Positions 10,054-25,267 of a DNA stretch of 64,000 nt are shown here, one piece after another. A model generated the notes under the pieces. It did not search any database and was not told the DNA's origin. It saw only the letters and a list, made by a program, of their open reading frames with translations. The position numbers and the translations under genes are program-made. The DNA is from Candidatus Sericytochromatia bacterium. Lineage in GTDB: Bacteria; Cyanobacteriota; Sericytochromatia; S15B-MN24; JAQBPE01. How positions within the stretch are numbered: position 1 is the stretch's first letter; each line of letters opens with the position of its first letter. The stretch spans positions 128,765-192,764 of the forward strand of contig JAYKHR010000048.1 of assembly GCA_035285125.1 (NCBI GenBank), given 5' to 3'.

Positions 10054-11928
10054 TCAGGGCGAGAGGGCAGGCGGCGCCACGCTGGCCGCCAGGGTATCGT
10101 GGATGGGATCGATGCGCAGCCCCAATGGCCGATCCGGGCTCTGCAGGACGAACCGCGTCGCCTCGCTGGCAAGGTCGACCTCGTACACGCGCGGACGGCC
10201 AGCCGTGGTCAGCACCAGCGGGACCCTGAGGGCAAAGGCGGAGCGCTCCTGCACCAGGCGCCCGCGCACGACCCAGCCCTTGCGGCCCTGCTCGACGGAA
10301 AGCCCCTCCAGCGTGAGCCGAGGCCGCCCGGCCGTGTCCAGCCACTGCGAGAAGAACCGCCCCAGGGGCACCCCTGCGGCCCGCTCCCCGACGCGACGCA
10401 CGTCGCTGATCCGCAGCGGCCCCGCTGCGGCGGCCCCGTAGCAGTCTGCCAGGAGCCGTGCGAAGGCTGGGTCCCCGAGCCTGCGGCGCAACATGTGCCA
10501 GACCATGACCCCTTTGTCCTCTGTGAGGCGCCGCCACGTTTCCTCGTCGGAGCCTCGCTGCGCGGCTGAGATGGCCACGTCGCCCGCGCTGCCGGCCAGG
10601 GTGTCGTAACGCCTGTAGGCCGCCAGCAGGGGCTCGCGCAGGCCGGCGGCCCCGCTGCGCCGCACGGCAGTCAAGGCTGCGAGGTAAGACGGCAGGGCTT
10701 CGGTCAGCCAGGCGACCTCGCCGGGTCGTCCCTCCGCCTGCCGCCTGCTTACCACCGCACCCGCCACCGCCCGTGCGGCTTGCCAGGGGCGCAGCTCGTC
10801 GTTGCGCAGGGTGTCGGTGTCCAGTCGCGTGAGCCCGCCGGCACCCGACACCGGGCTGCCCTCGGCGAAGGCGAGCCTCGCCACCGGGAACCCACCAAGC
10901 AGCTCCCCGAGGTCGACAGCAGCCTGCCAGGCCTCCTGCGTCAGCCGAGCTCCCTCAGGCGCGAGGGCCTCCCGGGTCCAGGCCTCGACGCGCGGCTCGC
11001 TGTCGACCAGCGCCACCTGCGGCCAATCGCCGAGCCAGAGCGGCCAGGGGGCTCGGCCCGTGTCTACCACGTATCGGTAGAGCCAGCCGTCCGGGAAGCG
11101 CCGAGGCTCCACCGCCTGCCCGGGAGCCAGCGCGGCCCACCCGACGGGGGCCATCACGGCCAGGTCCCAGGCACCTTCGCCCCCGGCTGCCTCCGGCAGC
11201 TCGGGGAACCAGCGCGCCTCCCCCGGGAGCGCCCCATGGCGGGGCACGTTGCCCAGCACCGGCCCGTCGCCCTCCCACCGCAGCGTGAGGACAGGCCGCG
11301 CCTCGCCTGCTGCCAGGCCGACATAGAGCCACTCGCCTTGCTGGGTGAAGCCGAGGCGCTGCCCCGCCTGGGCCACCTCCAGCAGCCGCGTGCCCTGCCC
11401 CAGCCGGGCAAACAGGCGCCGGTCCGGGCCGGCGAGCTCCAGCGCAACCTGCAGCTCGCCTCTCAGCCTGCCCGGCTCACGCAGGTCGAGGTTCAGCGCC
11501 CGGCTGACCACCCGCGCATCGAGCCGCGCCGTGGGCAAGGGGTCCCCGATGGTCCAGCCCTGCCCCCGGGCCCAGGCCTCCACGGGGAAGGTCGCCGTGG
11601 CAGGGGCCTCCCCCGGAGCACGGGCCTCCAGCGCCAGCAGCCCGCCCATGGCGCGGGCGTCGGCATAGAAGGGGCTAAACGAGACCCGCCAGTCAGCCCG
11701 ACGGGCGCCCTGGGTGGCGCTGGCCCGGGCCTGATTCGCCACCCAGGCCGTCACCGGCCCCGCAGGGGGCAGCAAGGGCCGAAGCCGGGCGGGCTCAGCC
11801 CCCTCCAGCGCAGCCTCCAGCCGGGCCGCCAGCACCTCGGCCGCAGCGGCCCCAGGCACCTCGGCCGCTGAGGCGCCACGGGAAGCAGCCAGGAGCCCCA
11901 CGAGCGAGAGCAGCCACCAGCGCCGCAT
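10054..11928 (-). CDS. Secreted M1 aminopeptidase-fold protein, catalytic residues degenerate
   Basis: Signal peptide MRRWWLLSLVGLLAA. WLTEALPSY and KGVMVWHMLRRRLGDPAF...FFSQWL match the M1 C-terminal region, but HEXXH is absent. TGATG overlap with the upstream gene. Confidence 0.7.
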   Translation of the reverse strand: MRRWWLLSLVGLLAASRGASAAEVPGAAAAEVLAARLEAALEGAEPARLRPLLPPAGPVTAWVANQARASATQGARRADWRVSFSPFYADARAMGGLLALEARAPGEAPATATFPVEAWARGQGWTIGDPLPTARLDARVVSRALNLDLREPGRLRGELQVALELAGPDRRLFARLGQGTRLLEVAQAGQRLGFTQQGEWLYVGLAAGEARPVLTLRWEGDGPVLGNVPRHGALPGEARWFPELPEAAGGEGAWDLAVMAPVGWAALAPGQAVEPRRFPDGWLYRYVVDTGRAPWPLWLGDWPQVALVDSEPRVEAWTREALAPEGARLTQEAWQAAVDLGELLGGFPVARLAFAEGSPVSGAGGLTRLDTDTLRNDELRPWQAARAVAGAVVSRRQAEGRPGEVAWLTEALPSYLAALTAVRRSGAAGLREPLLAAYRRYDTLAGSAGDVAISAAQRGSDEETWRRLTEDKGVMVWHMLRRRLGDPAFARLLADCYGAAAAGPLRISDVRRVGERAAGVPLGRFFSQWLDTAGRPRLTLEGLSVEQGRKGWVVRGRLVQERSAFALRVPLVLTTAGRPRVYEVDLASEATRFVLQSPDRPLGLRIDPIHDTLAASVAPPALSP

Positions 11929-12596
11929 CAGCGCGCCTTGTCCTCCACGGCCTCGTAGAGCTGAACCGAGCGCTGAAGCTCGGCCAGGGATTTGTCCTTG
12001 TAGCCCTGCGCCAGGTAGGACCGCGCCAGCATGGCGTGGCCCTGCGGCGTGTCCGCCAGCTGAAGGTGCCGCAGGGCGTAGTCCACAGAGCGGTCGTACC
12101 ACTTCATCTGGAAGCAGGCCTGCGCGAGGTCGTAGTACACCGGCGCCAGGGAACGCCCGGCGTTGAGGCGGACCATCCCCTCCAGCACCCAGATGGCCTC
12201 GGGGTGGCGCCCCATCCTCAGCAAGGCGTGGCCCCAGAGGGCCTGCACCTCAGGGTGCCTGTTGTCGACTTTGAAGCCGCGCTCCGCCGTGGACGCGGCC
12301 TGAGACCACCGCCGAAGCCGGCCAAAAACCACACCGAGCCTGTAGATCGCTTCCACATTCGTGGGATCGGCCTGGATCGCGGTCTGGTAGGCCAGGATGG
12401 CCGCTTCGTGCTGCCCGGCGTCGAACAGCGCCTGGGCACGGGCCAGGACGTCGGCGGGCCTGCGCCCGGGCTGTCCACCCGCAGAAGGCGGCTCGACCCA
12501 CTCGTCCGCAGCGGCCGGGGCGCTGAGGGCGCCCCAGAGGCAGAGGACCAACAGGGCTCGCGCGCTGGCACGGCCTTGAAGCCTGGCGTCCACCAC
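11928..12596 (-). CDS. Exported tetratricopeptide-repeat protein
   Basis: Signal peptide followed by TPR helices (AAILAYQTAIQADPTNVEAIYRLG). Confidence 0.8.
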   Translation of the reverse strand: MVDARLQGRASARALLVLCLWGALSAPAAADEWVEPPSAGGQPGRRPADVLARAQALFDAGQHEAAILAYQTAIQADPTNVEAIYRLGVVFGRLRRWSQAASTAERGFKVDNRHPEVQALWGHALLRMGRHPEAIWVLEGMVRLNAGRSLAPVYYDLAQACFQMKWYDRSVDYALRHLQLADTPQGHAMLARSYLAQGYKDKSLAELQRSVQLYEAVEDKAR

Positions 12597-12694
12597 TCCT
12601 CCTCCGCCGCCTCCTCGCGGCGCCTGCCCATCACGACCTCAAGCCTACACCAGCGGCCCTGCCCGTGCCGTGACCGACGCAGCCGCCGGCGTGA

Positions 12695-13605
12695 TCAATC
12701 GACGACGTACCCGAGGCGCTTGAGCTGCAAGCGATCCCGTCGCCAGTTCTTCAGGACCTTGACCCAGAGCTCGAGGAAGACGGGGCCCCCGAGCTGGCCC
12801 TCGATCTGGCCGCGGGCGGCCTGTCCGATGGCCTTCAGGCGGGTGCCCCCATCCCCGATCACGATGCCCTTCTGGCTATCCCGCTCCACAAAGATGGTCG
12901 CCGCGATGCGCACCGGGCTGCCAGACTCGTCGAACGTGTCCACCCGGACGGCGACGCTGTGGGGGATTTCCTCCGAGGTCTGGCGCAGGATCTGCTCGCG
13001 GATGAACTCGCCCGCCAGCACCCGCAAGGTCTGGTCGGTGGGAACGTCCTCCTCGTAGTAGCGAGGGCCCTCGGGCAGCCGCTCAGCAATGGCGGCGAGC
13101 AACGACTTGGTGTTGCGTCCCGTGCGGGCCGAGACGGGCACCACCTCGACGAAGTCCCCGAGGGCGCGGTAGCTGGCGAAGACGTGCTCTGGCACGCGCT
13201 GCACCCGATCGACCTTGTTCAGCACCAGCAGCGTCGGCCGGTCGGAGCCCGCCAGCAGCTCGGCGATGAACGCGTCGCCCTTCCCGGCCACCTCCTGGGC
13301 GTCGACCACGAGCACACGTACATCGACCTGTCCGAGCACGTCGGTGGCAGCCTTCACGATCGACTCGCCGAGCAGGTGGTGCGGCTTGTGGATACCTGGG
13401 GTGTCCACGAACACGATCTGGGCCTCGGCCGTGGTCACCACGCCGTGAATGGCGTGGCGGGTCGTCTGCGGCTTGTCACTGGTGATGGCGACCTTCTGCC
13501 CGACAAGCCGGTTGACCAGGGTGCTCTTGCCGACGTTCGGCCGCCCGACGATGGCGACGAACCCGCTTCGAAAGAGTGCCGGGACGGCCGGCTTCTCACG
13601 CCGGC

Positions 13606-13609
<4 letters not shown>
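12695..13609 (-). CDS. era: GTPase Era
   Basis: GRPNVGKSTL, DTPG, NKVD, and KH domain SQKGIVIG. Confidence 0.97.
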
Positions 13610-17133
<3,524 letters not shown>

Positions 17134-17207
17134 ATCGCTCCTTGCAGGGCACCGCTCCAGACGTAGAGCGACCGAAGGCCCCGCGGCCAATTCACGAAAC
17201 GATCCTC

Positions 17208-17216
17208 AGTATAGCA
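17208..17216 (-). promoter_or_regulatory. Extended -10 promoter (TGc-TATACT) for the CNNM-pyrG-cdd-era operon
   Basis: Minus strand reads TGCTATACT about 75 nt upstream of the ATG. Confidence 0.55.
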
Positions 17217-17255
17217 CAGCGCCGCCGCCGGACCGGCCGAGCGGGGCCCTGGACC

Positions 17256-17684
17256 TCAGGCCTGGGGAAAGACCGGCGGTTCGAGGCCTGCAAGGCGAAA
17301 AATCTCGTTGTCGAAGGCATCGGCGTGGTTCACCAGCGTCTCGACGGCGGTGCGGAACTCGCTGAAGTCGAGGTCGGCCACGGGCAGGTCGATCATGGCG
17401 AAAACCTGCCCATCATCCAGCACGCAGAACTTGGTGAGGGGCACGAGCGCGTTCAGCCTCAGCAGGTGCTCGTAGACGGCGAACCGGCGAGCTTCCGGCA
17501 CCGGTGGGCAGACGGGGCTGCGAAACGACACCCAGCCAGGCTCATCGGCCGACACAAACACGTCGTGGAGCTGGATGTCGCCCTGGAAGAAACAACGCCA
17601 CAGGCCTTCGTCGATGGCCTCGAAGGGCCATTCCATCGCGATGAAGTACTGGTCGATCAGGGCCTTGGCGTCGGGCACGGGCAT
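17256..17684 (-). CDS. YbjN / type III secretion chaperone-like fold protein
   Basis: 142 aa; WVSFRSPV...VYEHLLRLN...KFCVLDDGQV...ADAFDNEI pattern typical of YbjN/CesT-like proteins. Confidence 0.7.
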   Translation of the reverse strand: MPVPDAKALIDQYFIAMEWPFEAIDEGLWRCFFQGDIQLHDVFVSADEPGWVSFRSPVCPPVPEARRFAVYEHLLRLNALVPLTKFCVLDDGQVFAMIDLPVADLDFSEFRTAVETLVNHADAFDNEIFRLAGLEPPVFPQA

Positions 17685-17734
17685 TCCTCTCTGCTTCCAA
17701 TTGCCAGGGCTGCGGCTGCTCCGCTGCAGCAACC

Positions 17735-19018
17735 CTACGGATGCCCGATTGTAGCGGAGTGGTCTTGCTTGGACAACTTCCGACCTTGGCAGCCACAGCG
17801 GTGGGCCGGGGCGAGCCACCGGTCGCAGGCCGGACAGCCCGCGCCACACCCACTGCAAACCTGCCGCCCACAACAGGCGCAGGCCACCAGGTGCGCCCGG
17901 CAGCAGGGGTGCCCCGTGGCGCAGCCCGCGCTGCAGCGCTGGCAGAGGCGGGCGCCGCAGCATCCGCAAGCGACCAGCTCAGCACCGCAGCAGGCGGCCG
18001 CGCAGACGTGGCAAGGTGCCTGACAGGCCGCACAGACCAGATGCCCGAATGGGCAGAGGCCCAGGGTCCCGTCAGCACGGCCGCATCGCTCGCAGGGCGG
18101 CCATGCCACGTCCCCCGAGGCGAGGTCCTGCCACGCCGCCACCTCTCGGGCCACCGAGCCCGCCGACAGCCGCCAACGCCAGCGCTTGCCGGGCGACACC
18201 ACCAAGGCGTGACCCACCACCCGTACGAGAACACGCAGCCGGTGCCGCTGCGCCTCGGACGCGAGCCTGCGCGACAGCTCGGCGCGCACGTCGTGGCGCG
18301 CGGCCTCCCAGGCCGCCAACGCCTCACGCTCTGCCTGGCCGGGCTTGCGACGCAGGGGTAGCTCGGCCTCCAGCTCAGCGTGAAACGCCACCAGCCGCTG
18401 CTCCACGGTGGCGAGCCGTTCCGCGGCAGACACCTCGTGCCCCGTCGCAGCCTGCTCCGCATGCGCCCGGGCCAGGTGCTCCGCGCGCGCCACCCCCTCC
18501 GCGAGCGCAGGCAGTCGGTGGGCCGCCTCGGGGCCAGGCAGGTCTTCCAGGGCGTCCTGCTCAGCCAGCCACGCCAGGGGTGCCTCCCAGCTCCGCCCGG
18601 CCTCGTCGAGCGCCACCGACCAGAGCACATCCAGGCGCTCGTCCGTGAGAAACGAGAGGCGAAAATCATACACCCGCGCCACGCGGTCAGCGGCCTCGGG
18701 TGCCATCGCGCGGACGTCGGCACCCCAGGAAGCCAGCGAGACCGGTGCCCCGGGCCCTGGCCGGCGGCGGAAGGCTGCACAGCGGCCGCGGGGTCCCAGG
18801 TGGGCCACCATCGCGTCGAAGACGCGCCCGCCCGGCACGACGGTGTCGGCCTCCCCCTCCCCCGCCCCGCCAAGGCTCAGCCGGAGCGGCGACGTGCCGA
18901 AAACGGCCTGCAAGTCCTCCGGCAGGTCAACCTCGACCACCCCCGCCCCAAGGGGCCGCAGCGCCGCGCCGTGCGCAGCAAAGAAGGCCTCGGCGAAGCG
19001 GGCTGCATCACCCGCCAC
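17735..19018 (-). CDS. YqhG-like protein with a C-terminal 26-Cys multi-zinc-finger tail
   Basis: RFAEAFFAAHGA...VEVDLP N-terminus, central coiled-coil-like segment, many CxxC motifs; overlaps the stop of the helicase gene. Confidence 0.65.
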   Translation of the reverse strand: MAGDAARFAEAFFAAHGAALRPLGAGVVEVDLPEDLQAVFGTSPLRLSLGGAGEGEADTVVPGGRVFDAMVAHLGPRGRCAAFRRRPGPGAPVSLASWGADVRAMAPEAADRVARVYDFRLSFLTDERLDVLWSVALDEAGRSWEAPLAWLAEQDALEDLPGPEAAHRLPALAEGVARAEHLARAHAEQAATGHEVSAAERLATVEQRLVAFHAELEAELPLRRKPGQAEREALAAWEAARHDVRAELSRRLASEAQRHRLRVLVRVVGHALVVSPGKRWRWRLSAGSVAREVAAWQDLASGDVAWPPCERCGRADGTLGLCPFGHLVCAACQAPCHVCAAACCGAELVACGCCGARLCQRCSAGCATGHPCCRAHLVACACCGRQVCSGCGAGCPACDRWLAPAHRCGCQGRKLSKQDHSATIGHP

Positions 19019-20873
19019 GACAGGCCTCCGGAGACGCGAGCGCCTGGTCGAGTCGCCGGGCGAGCGCCTGGCCTTCCCCATAGCGACCGCGCGCCCCAAC
19101 CACCACCTCTCCGAGCCTGCCAAAAGCCTCGGCCACGGCGGCCTCGTCCCGGCCGGAAGCCCAGGCCTCCATCACCAGTTCCTCGAACCCGCGCCGCTCC
19201 TCGAGCTCGCCGAGGATGCCGTCGAGCTCACCCACCACGAGCTCGAAGAGCCGGATCTTGGTGGCGAGCAGGTCCAGCACGTGCGCCTCGATGGTCTCAT
19301 CGAAGCAGAGGCTGGAGATGGTCACGGGGTGGCGCTGGCCCAGCCGGTGCAGGCGCCCGATCCGCTGCTCGACGCGCATCGGGTTCCAAGGCAGGTCCAC
19401 GTTGACGAGCGAGTGGCAGAACTGCAGGTTCAACCCCTCGGCCCCGCTCTCGGTGCTGACCAGCACCCGCGCCCCAGCCCGAAACGCCCGCAGGGCCTCG
19501 GTCCGCTCGCGCGCGTCAAGGCCACCGTGGAAGGCGACCACGTCGTGGCCGAGCCCGGCAAGGTGGGTGCAAAGCGCCTCCTGGGTCGCCCGGAACTCGG
19601 TGTAGACGAGCACCTGCGCGTCGGGCGTCCAGGCCAACAACTCGGCCAGCGCCCTCGCCTTGCGCCCGGGCCCGAGCGCCGAAGCCTGGGCCCGAAGGCC
19701 CGCAAGCCGCTTGCGGTGCTTGGCCTCGACGCCCCCCCCGGCGAGCAAGTGGCCCAGCATGCCGGCCACGGCGTGCGGAGAGCTCGTCAACCCACGCTGA
19801 AGGAGCGCGAGCGTCAGGCGCAGGTGCCCCCGGTCGGGGCAGGCCGCCAGCTCATCCTTGATCCACGTCGTCAGCTCCCGGTAAAGCGTCAGCTCTTCGG
19901 CGGGCATCGCGAGGTGGTAGACGCCCGCCCGCCTGGGCGGAAGCTGCAACCCCACCGCCCCACGCCGGTTGCGGATCATCACCTGAGAGAGGCGCTCGCG
20001 GAGGTCGGCCTCGTTCACGGGCTCGCGCGGGTTGCCGGCCTCGGTGTACCGGGCGAGGAACCCCTTCGGCGTGCCCATGTGCCCCTCGACCAGCAGGTTG
20101 ACGAGCGCGTGCAGCTCGCTCATGTCGTTCATCACCGGCGTGGCCGTGAGCAGCAGCATGTGCCGGGTGTTGAGCCGGGCCACGAGGCGGTGGAGCCGCG
20201 TGGTGACGCGCCGGGCCCGGTGCGCCTCGTCGACGATGACGAGATCCCAGGCTTGGGCGAGGGCGTCGGCCTCGTGGGCCGTCGACCGGGCCAGGTCCAT
20301 CGAAGCGATCAGCCTCGACCCGGACCAGTCCGCGGCCTCTCGCACGATGGCGAAGCGCTCGTCGAACTTGGTGGCAAGCTCCTCCTGCCACTGGTGCGTG
20401 AGGGAGGCGGGGGCCAGCACGAGCACGCGGTGGGCCAGCCCCCGCACCAGCAGCTCCTTGAGCACCAACCCGGCCTCCACCGTTTTACCGAGACCGACCT
20501 CGTCTGCCAGCAGGGCCCGCCCCCGCATCTGGGCCAACACGCGCAGCGCCGCATCGTGCTGGTGGGGCAGGTGGTCGATGTGACAGGCCTCCAGGCACAG
20601 GAGGCGATCGAAGCCCGCCGCATGGCGCAAGGCCTCGGCCTGCCTGCGCAGCAGAAACAGGGCGCCCGGCTCGAGGGGCCAGCGCCCGCCAGCCGGGACA
20701 ATCTCGATCCGCGGCGGCAGGGCCAGGCCAGGCTCTGCCGACCTCGGCGTCCGGGCCGCAGCAAGCCGAGGCGGGAGAGGCGCAGCGGGAGGCGCAGCGG
20801 GAGGCGGCGGGGCTTGCAACTCGCCGGGGCCGGGGCAAGCAGCCAGCTCAAGCCATTCAAACCGCTCCAGCAT
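19008..20873 (-). CDS. SNF2-family helicase/ATPase (YqhH/RapA-like)
   Basis: LADEVGLGKT, DEAH, LLTATP, STESGAEGLNLQ and LPWNPMRVEQRIGRLHRLGQ motifs. Confidence 0.92.
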   Translation of the reverse strand: MLERFEWLELAACPGPGELQAPPPPAAPPAAPLPPRLAAARTPRSAEPGLALPPRIEIVPAGGRWPLEPGALFLLRRQAEALRHAAGFDRLLCLEACHIDHLPHQHDAALRVLAQMRGRALLADEVGLGKTVEAGLVLKELLVRGLAHRVLVLAPASLTHQWQEELATKFDERFAIVREAADWSGSRLIASMDLARSTAHEADALAQAWDLVIVDEAHRARRVTTRLHRLVARLNTRHMLLLTATPVMNDMSELHALVNLLVEGHMGTPKGFLARYTEAGNPREPVNEADLRERLSQVMIRNRRGAVGLQLPPRRAGVYHLAMPAEELTLYRELTTWIKDELAACPDRGHLRLTLALLQRGLTSSPHAVAGMLGHLLAGGGVEAKHRKRLAGLRAQASALGPGRKARALAELLAWTPDAQVLVYTEFRATQEALCTHLAGLGHDVVAFHGGLDARERTEALRAFRAGARVLVSTESGAEGLNLQFCHSLVNVDLPWNPMRVEQRIGRLHRLGQRHPVTISSLCFDETIEAHVLDLLATKIRLFELVVGELDGILGELEERRGFEELVMEAWASGRDEAAVAEAFGRLGEVVVGARGRYGEGQALARRLDQALASPEACRGG

Positions 20874-20876
20874 GCC

Positions 20877-22367
<1,491 letters not shown>

Positions 22368-22730
22368 ACAGGACCCCGGGTCGCCAGGCACGCGGAAGGC
22401 CAGGCATCAGAGTGTACGCCGCCAGGCGAGCCGACGGCAACATAACCCCCACGCGCCCACGCTCGAGGCCTGTTATGCTGGCCCGTGAATGGTGGAGAAG
22501 CCGTGCTTATTTTCCCAGGGGGCTGCGGCCACCAGGGTGAAGCGGTGGTGGCAGACCGCGTCGCGTGCAGTCCTCGTCGGGTTCCTCAGGGCCTTGCTGG
22601 TGGTCGTGACCACCCCGGAGGCGCTCGAGTCCCTCGTCGAGTTCGAGCAAGAGCCCGGACTCGAGCGGGTCCTCGATCACGAGGCCATCCGCCCGGAGCA
22701 CCAGCACGACGGGCGAACCGAGTGCTCGCG

Positions 22731-23180
22731 CACGGTGGCGGCGAGGCAGCCACGATCGAGTACGCCGTGGCCTCGCTCGGCGTGAAGGACATCATCGTCT
22801 GTGGGCACTCCCACTGTGGGGCCACGAAGGCCCTGCTCGACGACGACGCCACGGCAGACCTGCCCCAGATGCGGGCCTGGCTCGGCCACGCCGCCGCAAC
22901 GAAGCGAATCAACGCCGAGAACTACGCCGACCGGGACCCCGAGGCCAAGCTGCGGGCTGCCACCGAGGAGAACGTCCTCGTCCAGTTCGAGAACCTCCGC
23001 ACCCACCCCGTGGTGGCCGCCCGCCTGGCTCGCGGCGAGCTCCACCTCCACGCCTGGGTCTACAAGCTGGAGACCGGCGAGGTCTTCGGCTACGAGCCCG
23101 AGGCCGGCCAGTTCCTGCCCGTCCTGGTTGAGGGTGCCACAACCTCAGCCCAGACGCCCGAGCCCCCCGAGACGGCCTGA
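22731..23180 (+). pseudogene. 5'-truncated beta-class carbonic anhydrase
   Basis: GGEAATIEYAVASLGVKDIIVCGHSHCGA and the C-terminus are intact. No N-terminal CxDSR zinc motif or RNAGN was found upstream in the translated frames. Confidence 0.75.
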
Positions 23181-23190
23181 GGAGACCCCG

Positions 23191-24278
23191 ATGACCACGG
23201 CTTCGGACCTTCGCGAGGAAGCAGAGACCTCGCTATCCGCGCGCCTGCGCTACTACATGACCCCCCTGGATGGCCGCTACGAGGACCTCCACCGGGGCTC
23301 TCTGTGGCTCAACGTGATACGCGACGCGGCCGCCGGCCTCGTCGTCGCGATGGTGGCCATCCCCCTGGCGATGGGCTTTGCCATGGCCTCGGGCCTCCGC
23401 CCCGAGCAGGGCATCGTGGGCGGCGCCATCGCAGGCGCCGTCGGCGCCCTGTTCGGGGGCTCCAAGTATCAGGTGTATGGCCCCACCGCCAGGAGATCAA
23501 CTGGCATGCCGTGGTGCTGGCGCTGGGCACCTTCGCCGTGACCAAGGTCGCGCTGCGAATCTCGCCTTTCATTCCAGCACCCTTGCTCGCCCTCGGGCTT
23601 GGCACGTGGTTGGCGGAGACCACCTGGGCAGGCAAGGGGCTGGTGAGCATCAAAGAGAGGTACGCCAGCATCCCCACAGACTTCTGGGTCTTCGCCACCC
23701 CGGCGCCAATCCAGCTGACGGCACCCTTCCTGATGGACCTGGTGTTTTTCGTCGCAGCGATCGTCTTCGTGTCGGGCGTCGAGAGCCTGCTGTGCTCCCG
23801 GATGGCCGACCGCCTCGCGGGCAACGACCGCACGCCGTTCCACCCCAACAAGGAGCTGTGGGGCCAGGGCTGGGTTCAGGTGATCGTGCCGCTGCTCAAC
23901 GGCTTCCCGCACACCGGGGCGCTCGCCCGCACGGCCGCCAACATCCGGCTGGGGGCCATCTCTCCGCTGGCGGGGATCTTCAAGGCCGTCTTCAAGCTGC
24001 TGCTGGCAGCCTTCCTGGCCCGCCACCTGGAGCTCGTCCCGATGGCTTGCATCGGCGGCGTGCTGCTGTACGTGGCCATTGGGATGGTCAAGGCAGAGGA
24101 GGTCACGGAGGTGCTGGCCAACCAGCGCTTCCACGTGTTCCTGATGGTCTGGACGGCAGTTGCCGTGGCGGCCACCGACTTCCTCAAGGGTGTGCTGTCA
24201 GCAGTGATCATCTGGCTGGCGCTCCGACGTTGGCTCGAGCGTCATCCCGCCGCCGCGCCGGAGGCCGAAGCGGCCTGA
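23191..24278 (+). pseudogene. SulP/SLC26 anion transporter with a frameshift and internal deletion at about 23490
   Basis: One frame reads RDAAAGLVVAMVAIPLAMGFAMASG...GGSKYQVYGPTA. A different frame continues QEINWHAVV...VESLLC...NKELWGQG...TGALART. No STAS domain. Confidence 0.8.
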
Positions 24279-24321
24279 GGGCGGGGCCTCCCGCCCACTG
24301 CCGACCGCCGGAGGGCCGGGC

Positions 24322-25266
24322 TCAGCGCAGGCTGACCCCGGCCGCCTCCAGCGCCAGGCAGGCTGCCCCCAGCGCCCCGGCCCGTTCGCCGAGCGCCGCG
24401 AGCCGCAGGGCGTCGGGCGACAGCCCACGCTCCCCAGCCACGGCGGGATCGCGCAGCGCGTCGCCAAGCCACCCGAGGTAGCTGGGCTGGCTCACCACGC
24501 CGCCGCCGAGGACGAACATATCGGGGTCCACCAAGCTGGCGATAGAAACCAGCCCCTGCGCCATGAACCTGGCGCTCCGGGCGAGCACGGCCCGCATCGT
24601 CGGGTCCCCGGCCCCGGCCGCCGCGAAGACGTCGTGGGCGGTGCCCCCAAAGCCAGGCACCGCCTCGGCGGCCAGCCGGGCAATCGCGGTGCCCGATGCA
24701 TAAACCTCCAGGCACCCCGTCTGCCCGCAGTTGCAGCGCACGCCCTCGGCCTGAACCACGATGTGCCCGACCTCCCCCCCACGCCAACGCCCCCCGCGCC
24801 ACAGGCGTCCGTCCAGCACGAGCCCTCCCCCAACGCCGGTGCCGACCGTCACGGCCACGAGGCTGCGGCATCCCTGCCCCACGCCGAGCCGGTGCTCGCC
24901 GTAGGCAGCGGCGTTGGCGTCGTTCTCGACCACCACCGGCAACGCGAGCCGGTCCGCCAGCCAGGGCCCCACGGGCGAGCCAGTCCAGCCGGCGATGTTG
25001 GGCGAGGCATAGGCCACGACCCCGGCCTCCACGTCGATCTGGCCGGCGGCGCTGACGCCAACGCCAACCACGCGCCGCCGCTCTTCCTGCGTCAGCTCGG
25101 AGAGGGCCCCCAGCGCCGCCGCAGCCAGCGCCTCGAGGACCGCGTCCGCACCGGCGCTAGCCGGCGTCGAGAGGCGCCACTCGCCACGCGAAACCCCAGC
25201 CCCGTCCAGCAGTGAGGCCAGAATCTTCGTGCCGCCGACATCCAACCCAAGCGCCAGGGCGTCCAC
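24322..25266 (-). CDS. ROK family sugar kinase (NanK/glucokinase-like)
   Basis: LDVGGTK, ENDANAAA, VGTGVGGG, and GEVGH...CNCGQTGCLE motifs. Confidence 0.92.
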   Translation of the reverse strand: MDALALGLDVGGTKILASLLDGAGVSRGEWRLSTPASAGADAVLEALAAAALGALSELTQEERRRVVGVGVSAAGQIDVEAGVVAYASPNIAGWTGSPVGPWLADRLALPVVVENDANAAAYGEHRLGVGQGCRSLVAVTVGTGVGGGLVLDGRLWRGGRWRGGEVGHIVVQAEGVRCNCGQTGCLEVYASGTAIARLAAEAVPGFGGTAHDVFAAAGAGDPTMRAVLARSARFMAQGLVSIASLVDPDMFVLGGGVVSQPSYLGWLGDALRDPAVAGERGLSPDALRLAALGERAGALGAACLALEAAGVSLR

Positions 25267-25267
25267 C

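Noticed and set aside
22489..22785. 98-aa ORF upstream of the CA fragment as a real gene
   Set aside because: No clear SD or recognisable domain, and it overlaps the CA remnant; may be a gene fragment but cannot be supported.
23480..23500. Programmed frameshift in sulP
   Set aside because: No slippery sequence, and coding sequence appears to be missing at the junction, which favours a deletion.
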